DNA from: Dehalococcoidia bacterium
GTDB lineage: Bacteria; Chloroflexota; Dehalococcoidia; Lucifugimonadales; VXLM01
Assembly (NCBI GenBank): GCA_963665745.1
Contig: OY762443.1
Coordinates: forward strand, 611,616 to 675,615
DNA length: 64,000 nt
Reading direction: 5' to 3'
Part shown: piece by piece, positions 25,875-36,061 of the stretch
How the letters are laid out: every line of letters starts with the position of its first letter
How positions within the stretch are numbered: the first letter of the stretch is position 1
The notes under the pieces: model-generated
The model's input: the letters and a program-made list of their open reading frames with translations, nothing else
Database searches by the model: none
Told to the model about the DNA's origin: nothing
Made by a program: the position numbers and the translations under genes

Positions 25875-26193
25875 TGTCGCTGATGCTAACGATATACGTT
25901 ACTAATGTCAAGGGTATGTATCATAAGACAGTGAGTCTGCAGAAACCGACCACCTGAAAGCGTCGAAGCCGTGCCTACTTTGCAACCGTCCTATTCGCAA
26001 CACACCTAACACCGCCCGTGTCCCGACGTTGTATATCCAAATCGAACGATGCTCCGGGCGAGGGTGCCGCGCGTTGTCGTTTGGGGTGCGATAGGGTATC
26101 GTGTGGCGAGTGAGGCGGTTCTCGTGGTTGCCCGGGCGGAGCGGACGGCGGGGCCGTATTCGAGCGTCCCGCCAGTCGAGGTAGCACAGGCTC

Positions 26194-27123
26194 ATGTGGG
26201 TATACATCGTCCGACGGTTGCTGTTCCTGCCGGTCATGCTCATGGCCGTTTCGCTGATTACCTTCTCCCTCGGACATTACGGCCCGGGCGATCCCGTTCG
26301 GGTGATGATGGGCAACAAGTACAACGAGGAGGCGGCGGAGCGCATTCGGGATGAGCTTGGGCTGAACCGTCCCTTCTTCGTGCAGTACGCCGACTACATG
26401 TACGGGTTCTTCCAGGGTGACTTCGGGGAGAGTCTCCGATTCATCGGCCAGCCGGTCCGCGATCTGATTGTGCCCAAGATGTGGGTATCAGCTCAGCTTT
26501 CGATCGCCGCGATGATCATCAGCCTCAGCATCGGTCTGCCATTGGGATTCTACATCGCCCACAAGCAGGGAAGCTGGCAAGACCCGACGGCGGTGACGAT
26601 TTCGATCGTTCTGGCGTCGATACCGATCATGGTAACGGTGCCCGCGCTCCTGTGGGTCGGGTGTCTCAAGACCGACCTGATACCCTGCTCCGGCTGGGGA
26701 GGATTCTTCGATCCACGCATCGTCGTGCCCGCGATAACTATGGGAATTCCCGGCGTCGCGGGACTTATGCGCCTGATGCGGGCGAGTACTCTCGACGTGA
26801 TGGGACAGGACTTCATCCGCACGGCCCACTCGAAGGGACTGGGCACCGTGCGGATCGACGTGGGGCACGTCCTGCGGAACGCGATGATACCCATCGTCAC
26901 GATCCTCGCCTTCTCTCTTGCGGGGCTGATAGAGGGGTCGTTCATCATGGAGACGATCATGGGCATTCCGGGCGTCGGCCGGTTCGCCGTCGAGTCCATC
27001 TTCAACCGTGACTATCCGATCATCATGGCGATCACGCTCATCGGCGCAATGGCGTTTGTGATGGCGAACCTGCTGGCGGACGTGTTGTACGCCTATATTG
27101 ATCCTCGCATTAGGTACAGTTAG
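26194..27123 (+). CDS. ABC peptide/nickel-type transporter permease (DppB/OppB-like)
   Basis: MWVYIVRRLLFLPVMLMAVSLITFSL opening, and the EAA-like loop FIRTAHSKGL. Confidence 0.9.
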   Translation: MWVYIVRRLLFLPVMLMAVSLITFSLGHYGPGDPVRVMMGNKYNEEAAERIRDELGLNRPFFVQYADYMYGFFQGDFGESLRFIGQPVRDLIVPKMWVSAQLSIAAMIISLSIGLPLGFYIAHKQGSWQDPTAVTISIVLASIPIMVTVPALLWVGCLKTDLIPCSGWGGFFDPRIVVPAITMGIPGVAGLMRLMRASTLDVMGQDFIRTAHSKGLGTVRIDVGHVLRNAMIPIVTILAFSLAGLIEGSFIMETIMGIPGVGRFAVESIFNRDYPIIMAITLIGAMAFVMANLLADVLYAYIDPRIRYS

Positions 27124-28137
27124 GTGGCGCTCCAACCACAGTCACAGCCGTTTGAGATTCAGCGCGACGATGCCGACGAGCTCGCCGAAGAGAGCCAGCG
27201 ACATCGGCGGGGACACTTCGCGCGCGCATTCTCGCGGCTCATGCGAAAGAAGATCGCGATCGTGGCGATGGTGGTCATCGCCGTTGTCTGGCTGGCCGGG
27301 ATATTCGCCGCGCCGCTGTCGTATTACGTGACGGGCTACGAGTACACGGCTCAGGACTACACCGCCTTCCGCGAGCCGCCGAGCCTCGAACACTGGGCGG
27401 GCACCGACCGGGCGGGACGAGACGTCTTCACTCGCCTGCTCTGGGGCATCCAGAACACCGTAATCCTCACCTTCGTCGGGATGTTCACCGGCGGACTGGT
27501 CATCGGCATCTCGCTCGGACTGGTGTCTGGGTATTTCGGCGGGAAGGTGGACGAGTTCATCATGCGGATCGGGGAAATCGCCGCGTCGTTCCCCGGCATC
27601 CTGCTCGTCATCATCATCGCCGCGACGCTGCGACCGCGAATACTTGAATCCGTGCGCTGGCTCGAGGACAACACCTTTCTGGACGGACTCGTGCGTTCCG
27701 GGGTGGTTGACTACGTGGTGATATCCGTCGCCCTCGTGAGCTTCGGATGGATCGGCATGGCAAGGCTGGTGCGCGGGCAGATCCTGTACCTGAAAGAGAC
27801 GCAGTATGTCGAGAGCGCCCGCGCCATCGGCGTTTCGACGCCGCGCATCCTCTTCCAGCACCTGCTCCCGAACGCCATCAGTCCCATCGTCGTATCCGTC
27901 TCGATGGGAATGGGCAGCATGGTGGGCACGGAGATCGTGCTCAGCTGGCTAGGGCTCGGGATACAGCCGCCGAGACCGAGCCTCGGCGTGATGCTCCTGG
28001 AGGGCGGGTCCATCAGCGTCCTGCGCGTCATGCCATGGCTGCTGCTGGCGCCAGGGGTCATTGCGTGGTCGATGGTATTGGCGTGGAACCTGTTGGGCGA
28101 CGCGCTCAACGATGTTTTGAATCCACGCACCCGATGA
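27124..28137 (+). CDS. ABC peptide/nickel-type transporter permease (DppC/OppC-like)
   Basis: HWAGTDRAGRDVFTRLLWG (the OppC N-domain motif) and YVESARAIGVS..I.F.HLLPN. GTG start abutting the upstream stop. Confidence 0.9.
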   Translation: MALQPQSQPFEIQRDDADELAEESQRHRRGHFARAFSRLMRKKIAIVAMVVIAVVWLAGIFAAPLSYYVTGYEYTAQDYTAFREPPSLEHWAGTDRAGRDVFTRLLWGIQNTVILTFVGMFTGGLVIGISLGLVSGYFGGKVDEFIMRIGEIAASFPGILLVIIIAATLRPRILESVRWLEDNTFLDGLVRSGVVDYVVISVALVSFGWIGMARLVRGQILYLKETQYVESARAIGVSTPRILFQHLLPNAISPIVVSVSMGMGSMVGTEIVLSWLGLGIQPPRPSLGVMLLEGGSISVLRVMPWLLLAPGVIAWSMVLAWNLLGDALNDVLNPRTR

Positions 28138-29264
28138 CGATGGAGCGTGCTCTCAAGATTCTTCGCGGTCTGGGATCGTGTCCGGCCACGCCGTTCTTCG
28201 AGGGCCTGCCCGCGCAGTACATCACGGAGGCGCTTCGGTGGGCGGGAGTCGATTACCGGCTTGACGAGTTCGGCAACATCGTCGCTCACGTCCCCGCTGC
28301 AACTGACTCGTCCGGGCCGCCCATCGCGTTTGTCGCGCACATGGACCACCCTGGTTTTGAGGTTGTGGAGATCGAGGGGACGGGAGCGGTCGCTAAGGCG
28401 ATGGGTGGCGTGCCCGCCGCGTCGCTGACGAAGTCCGTGCCCGTTTTCGTGCTCGCGCCTGACGGGACAAGGATTCCCGGAGTGACGGAGCCTCACGAGG
28501 ACACGGTCGATCCGAATGATCGGACTTCCGACCGCCTCGTGCGGGTGCGGTTGGGCGTTCCTATTGAACTAGAACCGCCTCTGCCGGTCCTGTTTGATCT
28601 GGCCGACTTCGAGCTGGACGGCAGCACGATCAGGATGCGAGCGGTGGACGATCTCGCGGGGTGCGCGGCGATCCTCACGTTGTTGGAGCGAGTCGCGTGT
28701 GACGGAGCAGCGACCGAGGTGTATGGAGTTTTCACGCGGGCAGAGGAGGGTGGTCTCTTCGGGGCTCGCCTGATGGCGGAGGCCGCGACGCTCCCGAAGG
28801 AAACGGTCATTGTGTCGGTCGAGTCGAGCGCGGTTATCCCCGGAGTCGAGCAGGGGGCAGGGCCGGTGATCCGCACGGGTGACGCGCTCACCACGTTCGA
28901 TTCCGAGGCGGAGCGGCTGCTTACTGCGGCGGTCGAGTCCATCCGGCGACGGGAGCCGGAGTTCAAGGTGCAGCGGCAGCTTATGTCAGGTGGGGTATGC
29001 GAGGCGACGGCGTTTTCGCTCGCTGGATACGCGGTTACGGGCGTGGCGTTTCCGCTTGGGAATTACCACAACGCCACGACGTCGATTTCCGATCCTGATG
29101 GTGGAGTGGCAGAGGAGTATATCCGGGTGTCGGATTTTCTTGGGGGAGTGGAATTGCTGGCGGAGGCGGCCATGCAGCCACGGGGCTGGCAAGGCACTCC
29201 GTCGCGATTGGGGGACGTAGCGGGCAACGTGAGGGAGCGGCTGGGGAATTCGAAGGGGTGGTGA
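28134..29264 (+). CDS. M42-family metallopeptidase (FrvX/TET-like)
   Basis: ATG 28134 has an ATGA overlap with the permease stop. FVAHMDHPGF, AVDDLAGCAA, FTRAEEGGLFGA and PLGNYHN match the M42 metal-ligand blocks. Confidence 0.75.
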   Translation: MTMERALKILRGLGSCPATPFFEGLPAQYITEALRWAGVDYRLDEFGNIVAHVPAATDSSGPPIAFVAHMDHPGFEVVEIEGTGAVAKAMGGVPAASLTKSVPVFVLAPDGTRIPGVTEPHEDTVDPNDRTSDRLVRVRLGVPIELEPPLPVLFDLADFELDGSTIRMRAVDDLAGCAAILTLLERVACDGAATEVYGVFTRAEEGGLFGARLMAEAATLPKETVIVSVESSAVIPGVEQGAGPVIRTGDALTTFDSEAERLLTAAVESIRRREPEFKVQRQLMSGGVCEATAFSLAGYAVTGVAFPLGNYHNATTSISDPDGGVAEEYIRVSDFLGGVELLAEAAMQPRGWQGTPSRLGDVAGNVRERLGNSKGW

Positions 29265-29290
29265 GCCGGCCAGGGCACCACTCGCGAGGT

Positions 29291-29650
29291 TTATGGCTCT
29301 GCGGAAGCGTCCTTATCTGCAAGCGCCCCGATGCCCGTCAAGGTGACGGGTGGACGGTCGGGAAACTCGGCGACGAGGTGTAACTTTCCGCCCATTGCCT
29401 CAACGTAGCCGCTCAGCGTGGATATGAGCAGGTCGGTACGCCTTTCGATTCGGGACACGTTCTCCTGATTGATCCCCAAGTCGCTCGCCACACGTGATTG
29501 CGTTCTTCGCAGCGCCTTGCGGAGGTCTCGCAGTGACATTTCTTCAGCAATCAGCGCCTGCGCCCGCTCTTCTACTTTTCTTCGGCGAGCCTCCGGCAGA
29601 CTGTTCATCTTATCCGTCAGGGTCGTCATCGTTCCCTCCGTTTCGCTCAC
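29291..29650 (-). CDS. XRE-family HTH antitoxin
   Basis: SLRDLRKALRRTQSRVASDLGINQENVSRIERRTDLLISTLSGYVEAMGGKL. It has a 4-nt overlap with the upstream toxin gene. Confidence 0.8.
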   Translation of the reverse strand: MSETEGTMTTLTDKMNSLPEARRRKVEERAQALIAEEMSLRDLRKALRRTQSRVASDLGINQENVSRIERRTDLLISTLSGYVEAMGGKLHLVAEFPDRPPVTLTGIGALADKDASAEP

Positions 29651-29994
29651 AGCTGATTCAGGTGCCTGTCGAATCTCCGGTCCGCCGTCCGAATTAGTCG
29701 TTGGTAGAAACGGCGTTCGTTGATGCCTGACTTGCTGGCTGCCGTGAGCAGGACCGCCCTGCGGACCGGGTCGAAGGCAAATGCTACTCTCCAGACACCG
29801 TCCACGACACTAAAACGCAGCTCTTTCATGTTTGCGTGCCGCGATCCCTTTAGCGTATCCACTCTTGGACGGCCAAGGGACGGGCCGAATGTCTCCAAGA
29901 CTTTCGCGTGGGCAAGAAGCTCATCCTGTGCGTCGAGTGGCAACCCGTCGAACTCTGTCTCAATTTCAGGGTCGAAGATGACTTGCCCAGTCAT
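29647..29994 (-). CDS. RelE/ParE-superfamily toxin, Gp49/HigB-like (PF05973-type)
   Basis: 115 aa. ..GPSLGRPRVDTLKGSRHANMKELRF....GVWRVAFAFDP.R.AVLL.A..K is the typical Gp49-like pattern. Confidence 0.75.
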   Translation of the reverse strand: MTGQVIFDPEIETEFDGLPLDAQDELLAHAKVLETFGPSLGRPRVDTLKGSRHANMKELRFSVVDGVWRVAFAFDPVRRAVLLTAASKSGINERRFYQRLIRTADRRFDRHLNQL

Positions 29995-30141
29995 GGAATA
30001 ATTATGCTCTATAAGGCATATGCTGTCAAGGACATTATCCGAAGTGATGGTGAGCTAGAAAAGAGAGCCGGTTTTGTAGAAAAGAGGCTTGTATCCGACA
30101 CTCAGCCGCAGGAATTCTCGATGACGACGCCGACGTGTTTT

Positions 30142-30166
30142 GGATTCCCGCTTTCGCGGGAATGAC
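30142..30166. repeat. REP family 2 hairpin (GGATTCCCGC-TTTC-GCGGGAATGAC)
   Basis: An 8-bp stem at 30144-30151 and 30156-30163, downstream of the ftsH stop. Confidence 0.8.
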
Positions 30167-30187
30167 AGGGCATGTTAGTACAGCATC

Positions 30188-32044
30188 CTAGTCGCCGCCG
30201 CTTGGCTCGGGAAGGGGTGGAGGCGGCGAGTTGAGCATGTCGGTGAGGGCTGAGCCTTCGAGGGTCTCGTGCTCGATGAGGTATTTCGAGACCTCGGTGA
30301 GCTTGGCCTTGTGGGTGACGATGAGGTTCTTGGCCGTCCGGTAAGCGCCCTGGATGAGACTGTGAACCTCCTCGTCGATGGTATCGGCTATGCGTTCGCT
30401 ATAGTCGGCCTGCTCGGAGATCTCCCTGCCGAGGAAAACGAGTTCCTCGCGCTTGCCAAAGGTGCGCGGGCCGAGCTTCTGGCTCATGCCGTAGCGCATG
30501 ACCATCTGTCGCGCGAGGTTGGTGGCCTGCTCTATGTCGTTGCTCGCGCCGGTGGTGATCTGTTCCGCGCCGAAGACCTCCTCCTCGGCGGCGCGTCCGC
30601 CCATGAGGGTGGCGAGACGGGCCTTCACCTGCTTGAGCGTCATGTAGTAGCTCTCTTCGTCGGGGATCGACTTGGTGTATCCGCCCGCATGGCCGCGCGA
30701 GACGATGGTCACCTTGGCGACAGGATCCGCATCGTCGAGCAGATGGCCGACGAGGGTATGTCCGGCCTCGTGGTAGGCGGTCACCTCTTTGTCGCGCGCA
30801 CTGATGACCCGCGACTTGCGGGCGGGGCCGGCTATCACGCGGTCGATAGACTCGGCGAAGTCCTCGTAGAGAACGGTGGTGCGATTGTTGCGCGCGGCAA
30901 GGATGGCGGACTCGTTGACGAGGTTCGCCAGATCGGCGCCGCTGAAGCCGGGTGTCTGCTTGGCGACGCTCTCGACGTCGATGGACTCGTCGATGGGCTT
31001 ACCCTTCATGTGAACCTTGAGGATGGCCTCTCGACCGCGCACGTCGGGATTGTCCAAGGTGACTCGACGGTCGAAACGGCCCGGCCTGAGGAGGGCGGGG
31101 TCAAGGATGTCGGGGCGGTTGGTCGAGGAGAGGACGATGACGTTGACGCTCGTGTCGAAGCCGTCCATCTCGACGAGAATCTGGTTCAAGGTCTGCTCAC
31201 GCTCGTCGTGTCCGCCGCCGAGACCGGCTCCGCGATGCCTGCCCACCGCGTCGATCTCGTCGATGAAGACGATGCACGGGGCGTTGCGTTTCGCCTGCTC
31301 GAACAGGTCGCGGACGCGGGAAGCGCCGACGCCGACGAACATCTCCACGAACTCCGAGCCGCTGATCGAGAAGAACGGCACGCCGGCTTCCCCGGCAACT
31401 GCCCTTGCAAGCAACGTCTTGCCGGTGCCGGGAGGTCCGACGAGCAGGACTCCTCGCGGGACGCGCGCGCCCAGGGTCTCGAAGCGCTCGGGGTATCTGA
31501 GGAAATCGACTACCTCTTCAAGCTCCTCCTTCGCCTCATCGGCTCCGGCGACGTCCTCGAAGGTCACGCTCGGCTGGTTGCCGACAAGCATTCTTGCGCG
31601 GCTGCGTCCGAAGCTGAAGGTCTGGTTGGTGCTTCCCTGCGCCTGTCGCATCATGAACAGGAGCACGGCGCCGAAGAAGATGAGAGGCAGGAAGTTGATG
31701 AGGATGCCGAAGAGACTGCCGAGGCCGCTCGAACCCACGACGGCGATATGCGGTTTGCCACTGGCATACGGGTCGATCCCGGCATCGACCAGGATGTCGA
31801 CGATGCTGGCGTTCTGCTCTATCCGCGAAGTGTAGGTCTCCTGCAGGGTGCTGATTATCGTCAGCCGGTCGCCGCGCACCTCGATTGTGTCAATCTCGCC
31901 GCGCTTCGCCATAGATACGACTTCGCTGATTGCCAAGTCTTTGGAGCCGCCGGGCACGTCGGAGAAGAGCGTGAAGAAGATGGCGATCACGGCCACGACG
32001 ATCAGCAGATAGATAAAGCCATTGCGCATGAAACGGGAGTTCAT
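30188..32044 (-). CDS. ftsH: ATP-dependent zinc metalloprotease FtsH
   Basis: An N-terminal TM segment, Walker [24 protein letters not shown], Walker B FIDEIDA, SRH, and the Zn motif HEAGHTLV. Confidence 0.97.
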   Translation of the reverse strand: MNSRFMRNGFIYLLIVVAVIAIFFTLFSDVPGGSKDLAISEVVSMAKRGEIDTIEVRGDRLTIISTLQETYTSRIEQNASIVDILVDAGIDPYASGKPHIAVVGSSGLGSLFGILINFLPLIFFGAVLLFMMRQAQGSTNQTFSFGRSRARMLVGNQPSVTFEDVAGADEAKEELEEVVDFLRYPERFETLGARVPRGVLLVGPPGTGKTLLARAVAGEAGVPFFSISGSEFVEMFVGVGASRVRDLFEQAKRNAPCIVFIDEIDAVGRHRGAGLGGGHDEREQTLNQILVEMDGFDTSVNVIVLSSTNRPDILDPALLRPGRFDRRVTLDNPDVRGREAILKVHMKGKPIDESIDVESVAKQTPGFSGADLANLVNESAILAARNNRTTVLYEDFAESIDRVIAGPARKSRVISARDKEVTAYHEAGHTLVGHLLDDADPVAKVTIVSRGHAGGYTKSIPDEESYYMTLKQVKARLATLMGGRAAEEEVFGAEQITTGASNDIEQATNLARQMVMRYGMSQKLGPRTFGKREELVFLGREISEQADYSERIADTIDEEVHSLIQGAYRTAKNLIVTHKAKLTEVSKYLIEHETLEGSALTDMLNSPPPPLPEPSGGD

Positions 32045-32204
32045 TGCCCCTCCACAGGACTCATTGGCATATCTTCCGATGGAACGGAACGATATATGGG
32101 AGTCTCTCAGCTACCATAGTACCACCGTTGGCAGTCCCAATTCAAAGCGTGAAATCGACCTCGAATTTGCCAAAGCGGGCACATGCGCGGCTTCAATCGT
32201 CCCG

Positions 32205-34331
32205 TCAGAGACCTTCCTCGCCCTCAGGACGCCGGGGCGCGGTGGGGTCACCCGTCGCGCTTGTGCCGAAGTGATCAGGTTTCCAGTACCAGACACGTCC
32301 TTGATCGGCCCCTGCGACTAGCTCGAATTTGCCGTCGCCGTCCCAGTCGACGGGCGCAGGATGGACGCCATGCCGCCAGAACTCCAGCGGATTGCCGTCC
32401 TCGTCCCACAGCACAACTTCGGGCCTCCGGAAGACGGGGTCTTGGTTGGAGCCGACGTTCTTGGCGAAGAGGACGTAGCTGCCGCGATACGGGCTGTGGT
32501 GCTGAGGGCCGACGCCCAGCAGAAGGTCGAGCACGCCATCGCCGTCCCAGTCGACGACGTTGATCTTCGTGCGGCCGCGACCGTCGCCTCCTCCCTCGGT
32601 GTAGACGCCGTGGGTCTTGATCGTCTCACCGTCCTCGTAGCGCAGCTTCTCTCCGGGGCGCAAGAGGGACGGTTCGTCAGAGCCGACCCTGCGGAAGAGG
32701 GCGAGATCGAGGTCTTTGTCCTGGATGACGATGTCGGGCAGTCCGCTGCCGGAGAAGTCGCCGACGCCCGCCTGCTGCCTCCATGGGCCGCGAAGGGGTT
32801 GCCCGTCGGTGACGTACAAGCGCTGCGGAGGGCCCAGTTCCGGCTCGGATTTGGTACCCCAGTTCGGGTACCAGTCGTAGAGGCCGATCATGTCGCTGAC
32901 GAGGAGGTCAAGGAGGCCGTTGCCGTTCCAGTCCACGAGGACGGGGTTGCTGTACCCGCCCGTGTCGCCGTCGTACGGACCCTGGGAGCCGCCCCAGTGG
33001 TGTCCTCCGGCCGGGTTGGGAGCGGCGAGTCGGCGGATCTCGGTGGTGCCGTACCTCACGCGCTCGGGGAGGGCGAATCGGAGCGGGTCGGTCGAGAGGG
33101 TCTTGTACCAGAGGACGTACCCCTCCACCCCGCCGACCACGAGGTCGGGCGTACCCGTGCCCCTCCAGTCGCCGACGGTTGGGACGCTGAAGAAGCTGTT
33201 GCCGACATGCGGATTGTTCTGCTTGATCCTCTTCGGCGTGTCGTAGATGGGACGACCATCCGCGTCACGGCCCCGGAAGCGGGACCACGACGGTGACTGC
33301 GACCGGTCGCCCGCGAAGATGTCGAACCGGCCGGGTTCCAGCACGTCGGACACGCCGACGTTGATGTCGAAGTTGGTTGAGCGGTTGAACGGCTCGTTGT
33401 GCAACGTGAACAGTTCGACGATTGTGCCCCACTGCGGGGATGGCCCAGTGGCGATTAAGGGAAGGTGGTAGACCCTGCCATAGTAGGTACAGAGAAGGAG
33501 TCCCGCTCCGGCATTCGTCGGATCGACCGGTGATGCCCACATGGTGTGGCGAGGCAGATCAATGGACGCCATGCCCCTGTGGGTGAACTCGATACCCCCG
33601 CCAGTGCCGGGGGTGGATTCCCGCGTTCGCGGGAATGACGGAGGGAGAGAGGTGGTGTTCTCGAAGAGGTGAAGGGTCGGCGTGGGGATCTCGCCGATCC
33701 AGCGGCCGTCTCGATGGTAGCGGTCGGCCTGGTCTTCAGGGGAAATGCCGGTCGTTGGGTCGATGTGGTACTTGTCGCGTTCGCCCTGGCTGACAACGAC
33801 GAGGTCGGGACGCCCGTCGCCGTTCCAGTCGATGGCGGCGGTGGAACCCTTCGCCCACGAACTTGCGTCGAGGTCCGTCCCGTGTACGTGAACGGGCTGT
33901 CCGGCCTCCCGGTCGGTCGCTGCGCCATCGGCAAGCGAGAGGGCGACGACGGGCTTGTGGGAGTAGTACCGTAACCCAATAATCACTTCACCGACTCCGT
34001 CGCCGTTGAAGTCTGCGGCGGTGAGCAAGAACCCGGTGAGGCCCTCATCGTTCTCGTCGCGCTGGGCCGACCGCGATATGGTGCCCCATCGCCGTCCACG
34101 ATCGACGATCGGCGTTCCATCGGCGAGGGTGTCCACGAACTTGTGCGCAAAGATGTCGTTGCCGGAGGTTACGAGCTCCGGTTCGCCGTCGCCGTCCCAG
34201 TCGAGGACGTGGACCGTCGACGTGGGGTCGCAGGGGGCGTGGAGATCGCCTATCACGCCTTCGTCGCCGAGTACCAAGGGGGAGCCGTCTCCGGTGTTTC
34301 CGCCCTCGATGGGGCGTGGGTATGTACGCAT
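32205..34331 (-). CDS. FG-GAP/VCBS-repeat beta-propeller protein, no signal peptide seen
   Basis: Repeated DWDGDG.PELV, DFNGDGVGEVI, DWNGDGRPDLVV, DWNGNGLLDLLV and DWDGDGVLDLLL motifs. Start chosen at ATG 34331, 5 nt after GAGGAGAA, rather than the track start at 34358. Confidence 0.8.
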   Translation of the reverse strand: MRTYPRPIEGGNTGDGSPLVLGDEGVIGDLHAPCDPTSTVHVLDWDGDGEPELVTSGNDIFAHKFVDTLADGTPIVDRGRRWGTISRSAQRDENDEGLTGFLLTAADFNGDGVGEVIIGLRYYSHKPVVALSLADGAATDREAGQPVHVHGTDLDASSWAKGSTAAIDWNGDGRPDLVVVSQGERDKYHIDPTTGISPEDQADRYHRDGRWIGEIPTPTLHLFENTTSLPPSFPRTRESTPGTGGGIEFTHRGMASIDLPRHTMWASPVDPTNAGAGLLLCTYYGRVYHLPLIATGPSPQWGTIVELFTLHNEPFNRSTNFDINVGVSDVLEPGRFDIFAGDRSQSPSWSRFRGRDADGRPIYDTPKRIKQNNPHVGNSFFSVPTVGDWRGTGTPDLVVGGVEGYVLWYKTLSTDPLRFALPERVRYGTTEIRRLAAPNPAGGHHWGGSQGPYDGDTGGYSNPVLVDWNGNGLLDLLVSDMIGLYDWYPNWGTKSEPELGPPQRLYVTDGQPLRGPWRQQAGVGDFSGSGLPDIVIQDKDLDLALFRRVGSDEPSLLRPGEKLRYEDGETIKTHGVYTEGGGDGRGRTKINVVDWDGDGVLDLLLGVGPQHHSPYRGSYVLFAKNVGSNQDPVFRRPEVVLWDEDGNPLEFWRHGVHPAPVDWDGDGKFELVAGADQGRVWYWKPDHFGTSATGDPTAPRRPEGEEGL
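33615..33639. repeat. REP family 2 hairpin lying in frame inside the FG-GAP CDS
   Basis: GGATTCCCGC-GTTC-GCGGGAATGAC, with the stem at 33617-33624 and 33629-33636. It is translated on the minus strand as PSFPRTRES. Confidence 0.8.
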
Positions 34332-34489
34332 GTTGTTTCTCCTCGTAGCCGTGCTCAAATCGGGTAGCGCGCCAAATTATACGCGGGTAAGTAGGCCGTG
34401 TGGCAGGAAGTGACGCTTATTCGAGTATGGTATCCTTTGGCCCTATCGTAGTGGACATACAGACGAGCCGCACGCGCGGGAGGGACGAC

Positions 34490-36061
34490 ATGAAACGACC
34501 ACGCCTGATCTACTACAACGACGCGCACCACTTCCACGCGAAGCGGATGGAACCGCCCGCCAGCATTCACATGCTGGAGTGGCCGGTCAACGAGGTCGCG
34601 GGCACCGGCGTCGACCTGCTCGTGCTCGGCCTCGGCTACGGCGACGTGTACTTTCACCAGAGCAAGGTGGGGCGCGTGGTCGGCCAGCAGAAAGAGGTGT
34701 GGGAGAACTACATCGACTGGCGCATCATGCGGATGGTGGAAGAGGCCGCAGAGAAGGGGACCGACCAGCTCCGAGAGGTCATCCGCCGAGGTCGTGAGAC
34801 GGGCATCAGCGTCTACCCCAGCATCAAATTGCAGTCCACCAACGCCCGGTACAGTGAACGGTGTGGACGTCTGAAGTGGGAGCGGGGGGCTGAGGTCTGC
34901 ATAGGCGAGCCGGGCCGCAATGAGTGGGCCTACGACTACGCAATCAAGGAAGTCCGCGACGAAAACCTCGCCGTCATCCGCGAGGTGCTGGAGGACTACG
35001 AGGCGGACGGCATCGAGCTTGACTACATGTTCGGCGGCCAATACTTCAAGAGCGGCGTCCTCGATGAGGGCATCGAGACGATGAACTCCTTTGTGGCGGA
35101 CGTGCGCGAACTCGCGACGCAAATCGGTCAGAGGCAGGGCCGAGAGGTCGGCGTGATGGCCCGTGTTGGCCTGCTCCGCGACGGGAACCTTGAGCAGTGC
35201 CTCGACACGGAGCAGTGGCTCCGCGACGGGTCGCTCGACTACATCGTCGGCCAGGACCCCTTCGTAGTATCGGAGACGGGAGTGCGGCAGTCGTGGCTCC
35301 CCGATGCCGCCAACGCCAACGGCGCCGCCGCGTACTACCGCCCGCCGAGGCGAGTGTACGATGAGCGCGTCGGTCTGCCGAGCATCGAGATGTACCGCGC
35401 ACTGAACCAGACGCTCGTATCGGACGGCTGGGCGGGACAGTACCACGGGTATTTGCTGTGGCCGTTCGCCCAGCGGGAGTACCAGATTCTCCGAGAGCTG
35501 GCGCACCCGGAAGTGCACGTCCGCAGCCATAAGCGGTACATCACGCAGCCGAGAGAGGGCGTGGAAGGCGAGCCGACCACGACGCCGCACCGCGAGCTGC
35601 CGGTGGAGCTGGTGGAGGGGGAGACGTCGTCGGTGACGATTCGCATCGAGGACGACATCGAAAGCGCGAAGGCCGACGGCGAGATGCGCAAGCCCACTCT
35701 GACGATCAGGTTCTCGTTCTTCTGCATCGAGGACGAGTACGAGATCAGGTTCAACGGCGAGGCGCTGCCGCTCGACGAGGCAGAGATCACCGACGAGCGC
35801 GGGCTGGAAATGCGGACGATACTGCGAGGCGGGATGGACCTGCAAGCGCCCCTCGGCATGTCGGCGCACTGGTTCCGGTTCTCGCTGCCGATAGACCTCG
35901 TCAGGCGCGGTGACAACCTCGTCGAGGTCGAGATGTTCACGTTCGAGCCGCGGGCCGGCTTCAAGCGCAGCATCAACGGCGTCGAGGTGTTGATGCGCTA
36001 CAAGGACATGGAGCGTCCTCAAGGCTTCGACGTGGAGCGTGTATCACCGCTGTCGGCGTAG
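34490..36061 (+). CDS. conserved hypothetical protein (fold unassigned; a TIM-barrel glycoside-hydrolase-like fold is only a guess)
   Basis: ORF 34400..36061 trimmed to ATG 34490, after GGGAGGGA. The codon usage looks protein-like over 523 aa. No diagnostic motif was recognised. Confidence 0.5.
   Translation: MKRPRLIYYNDAHHFHAKRMEPPASIHMLEWPVNEVAGTGVDLLVLGLGYGDVYFHQSKVGRVVGQQKEVWENYIDWRIMRMVEEAAEKGTDQLREVIRRGRETGISVYPSIKLQSTNARYSERCGRLKWERGAEVCIGEPGRNEWAYDYAIKEVRDENLAVIREVLEDYEADGIELDYMFGGQYFKSGVLDEGIETMNSFVADVRELATQIGQRQGREVGVMARVGLLRDGNLEQCLDTEQWLRDGSLDYIVGQDPFVVSETGVRQSWLPDAANANGAAAYYRPPRRVYDERVGLPSIEMYRALNQTLVSDGWAGQYHGYLLWPFAQREYQILRELAHPEVHVRSHKRYITQPREGVEGEPTTTPHRELPVELVEGETSSVTIRIEDDIESAKADGEMRKPTLTIRFSFFCIEDEYEIRFNGEALPLDEAEITDERGLEMRTILRGGMDLQAPLGMSAHWFRFSLPIDLVRRGDNLVEVEMFTFEPRAGFKRSINGVEVLMRYKDMERPQGFDVERVSPLSA

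Noticed and set aside
25875-26193. Possible remnant of a substrate-binding-protein gene upstream of the peptide ABC permeases
   Set aside because: I translated all three forward frames by eye. Each has stops or Arg/Val-rich nonsense, and none resembles a family-5 SBP C-terminus. This cannot be excluded without TBLASTN.
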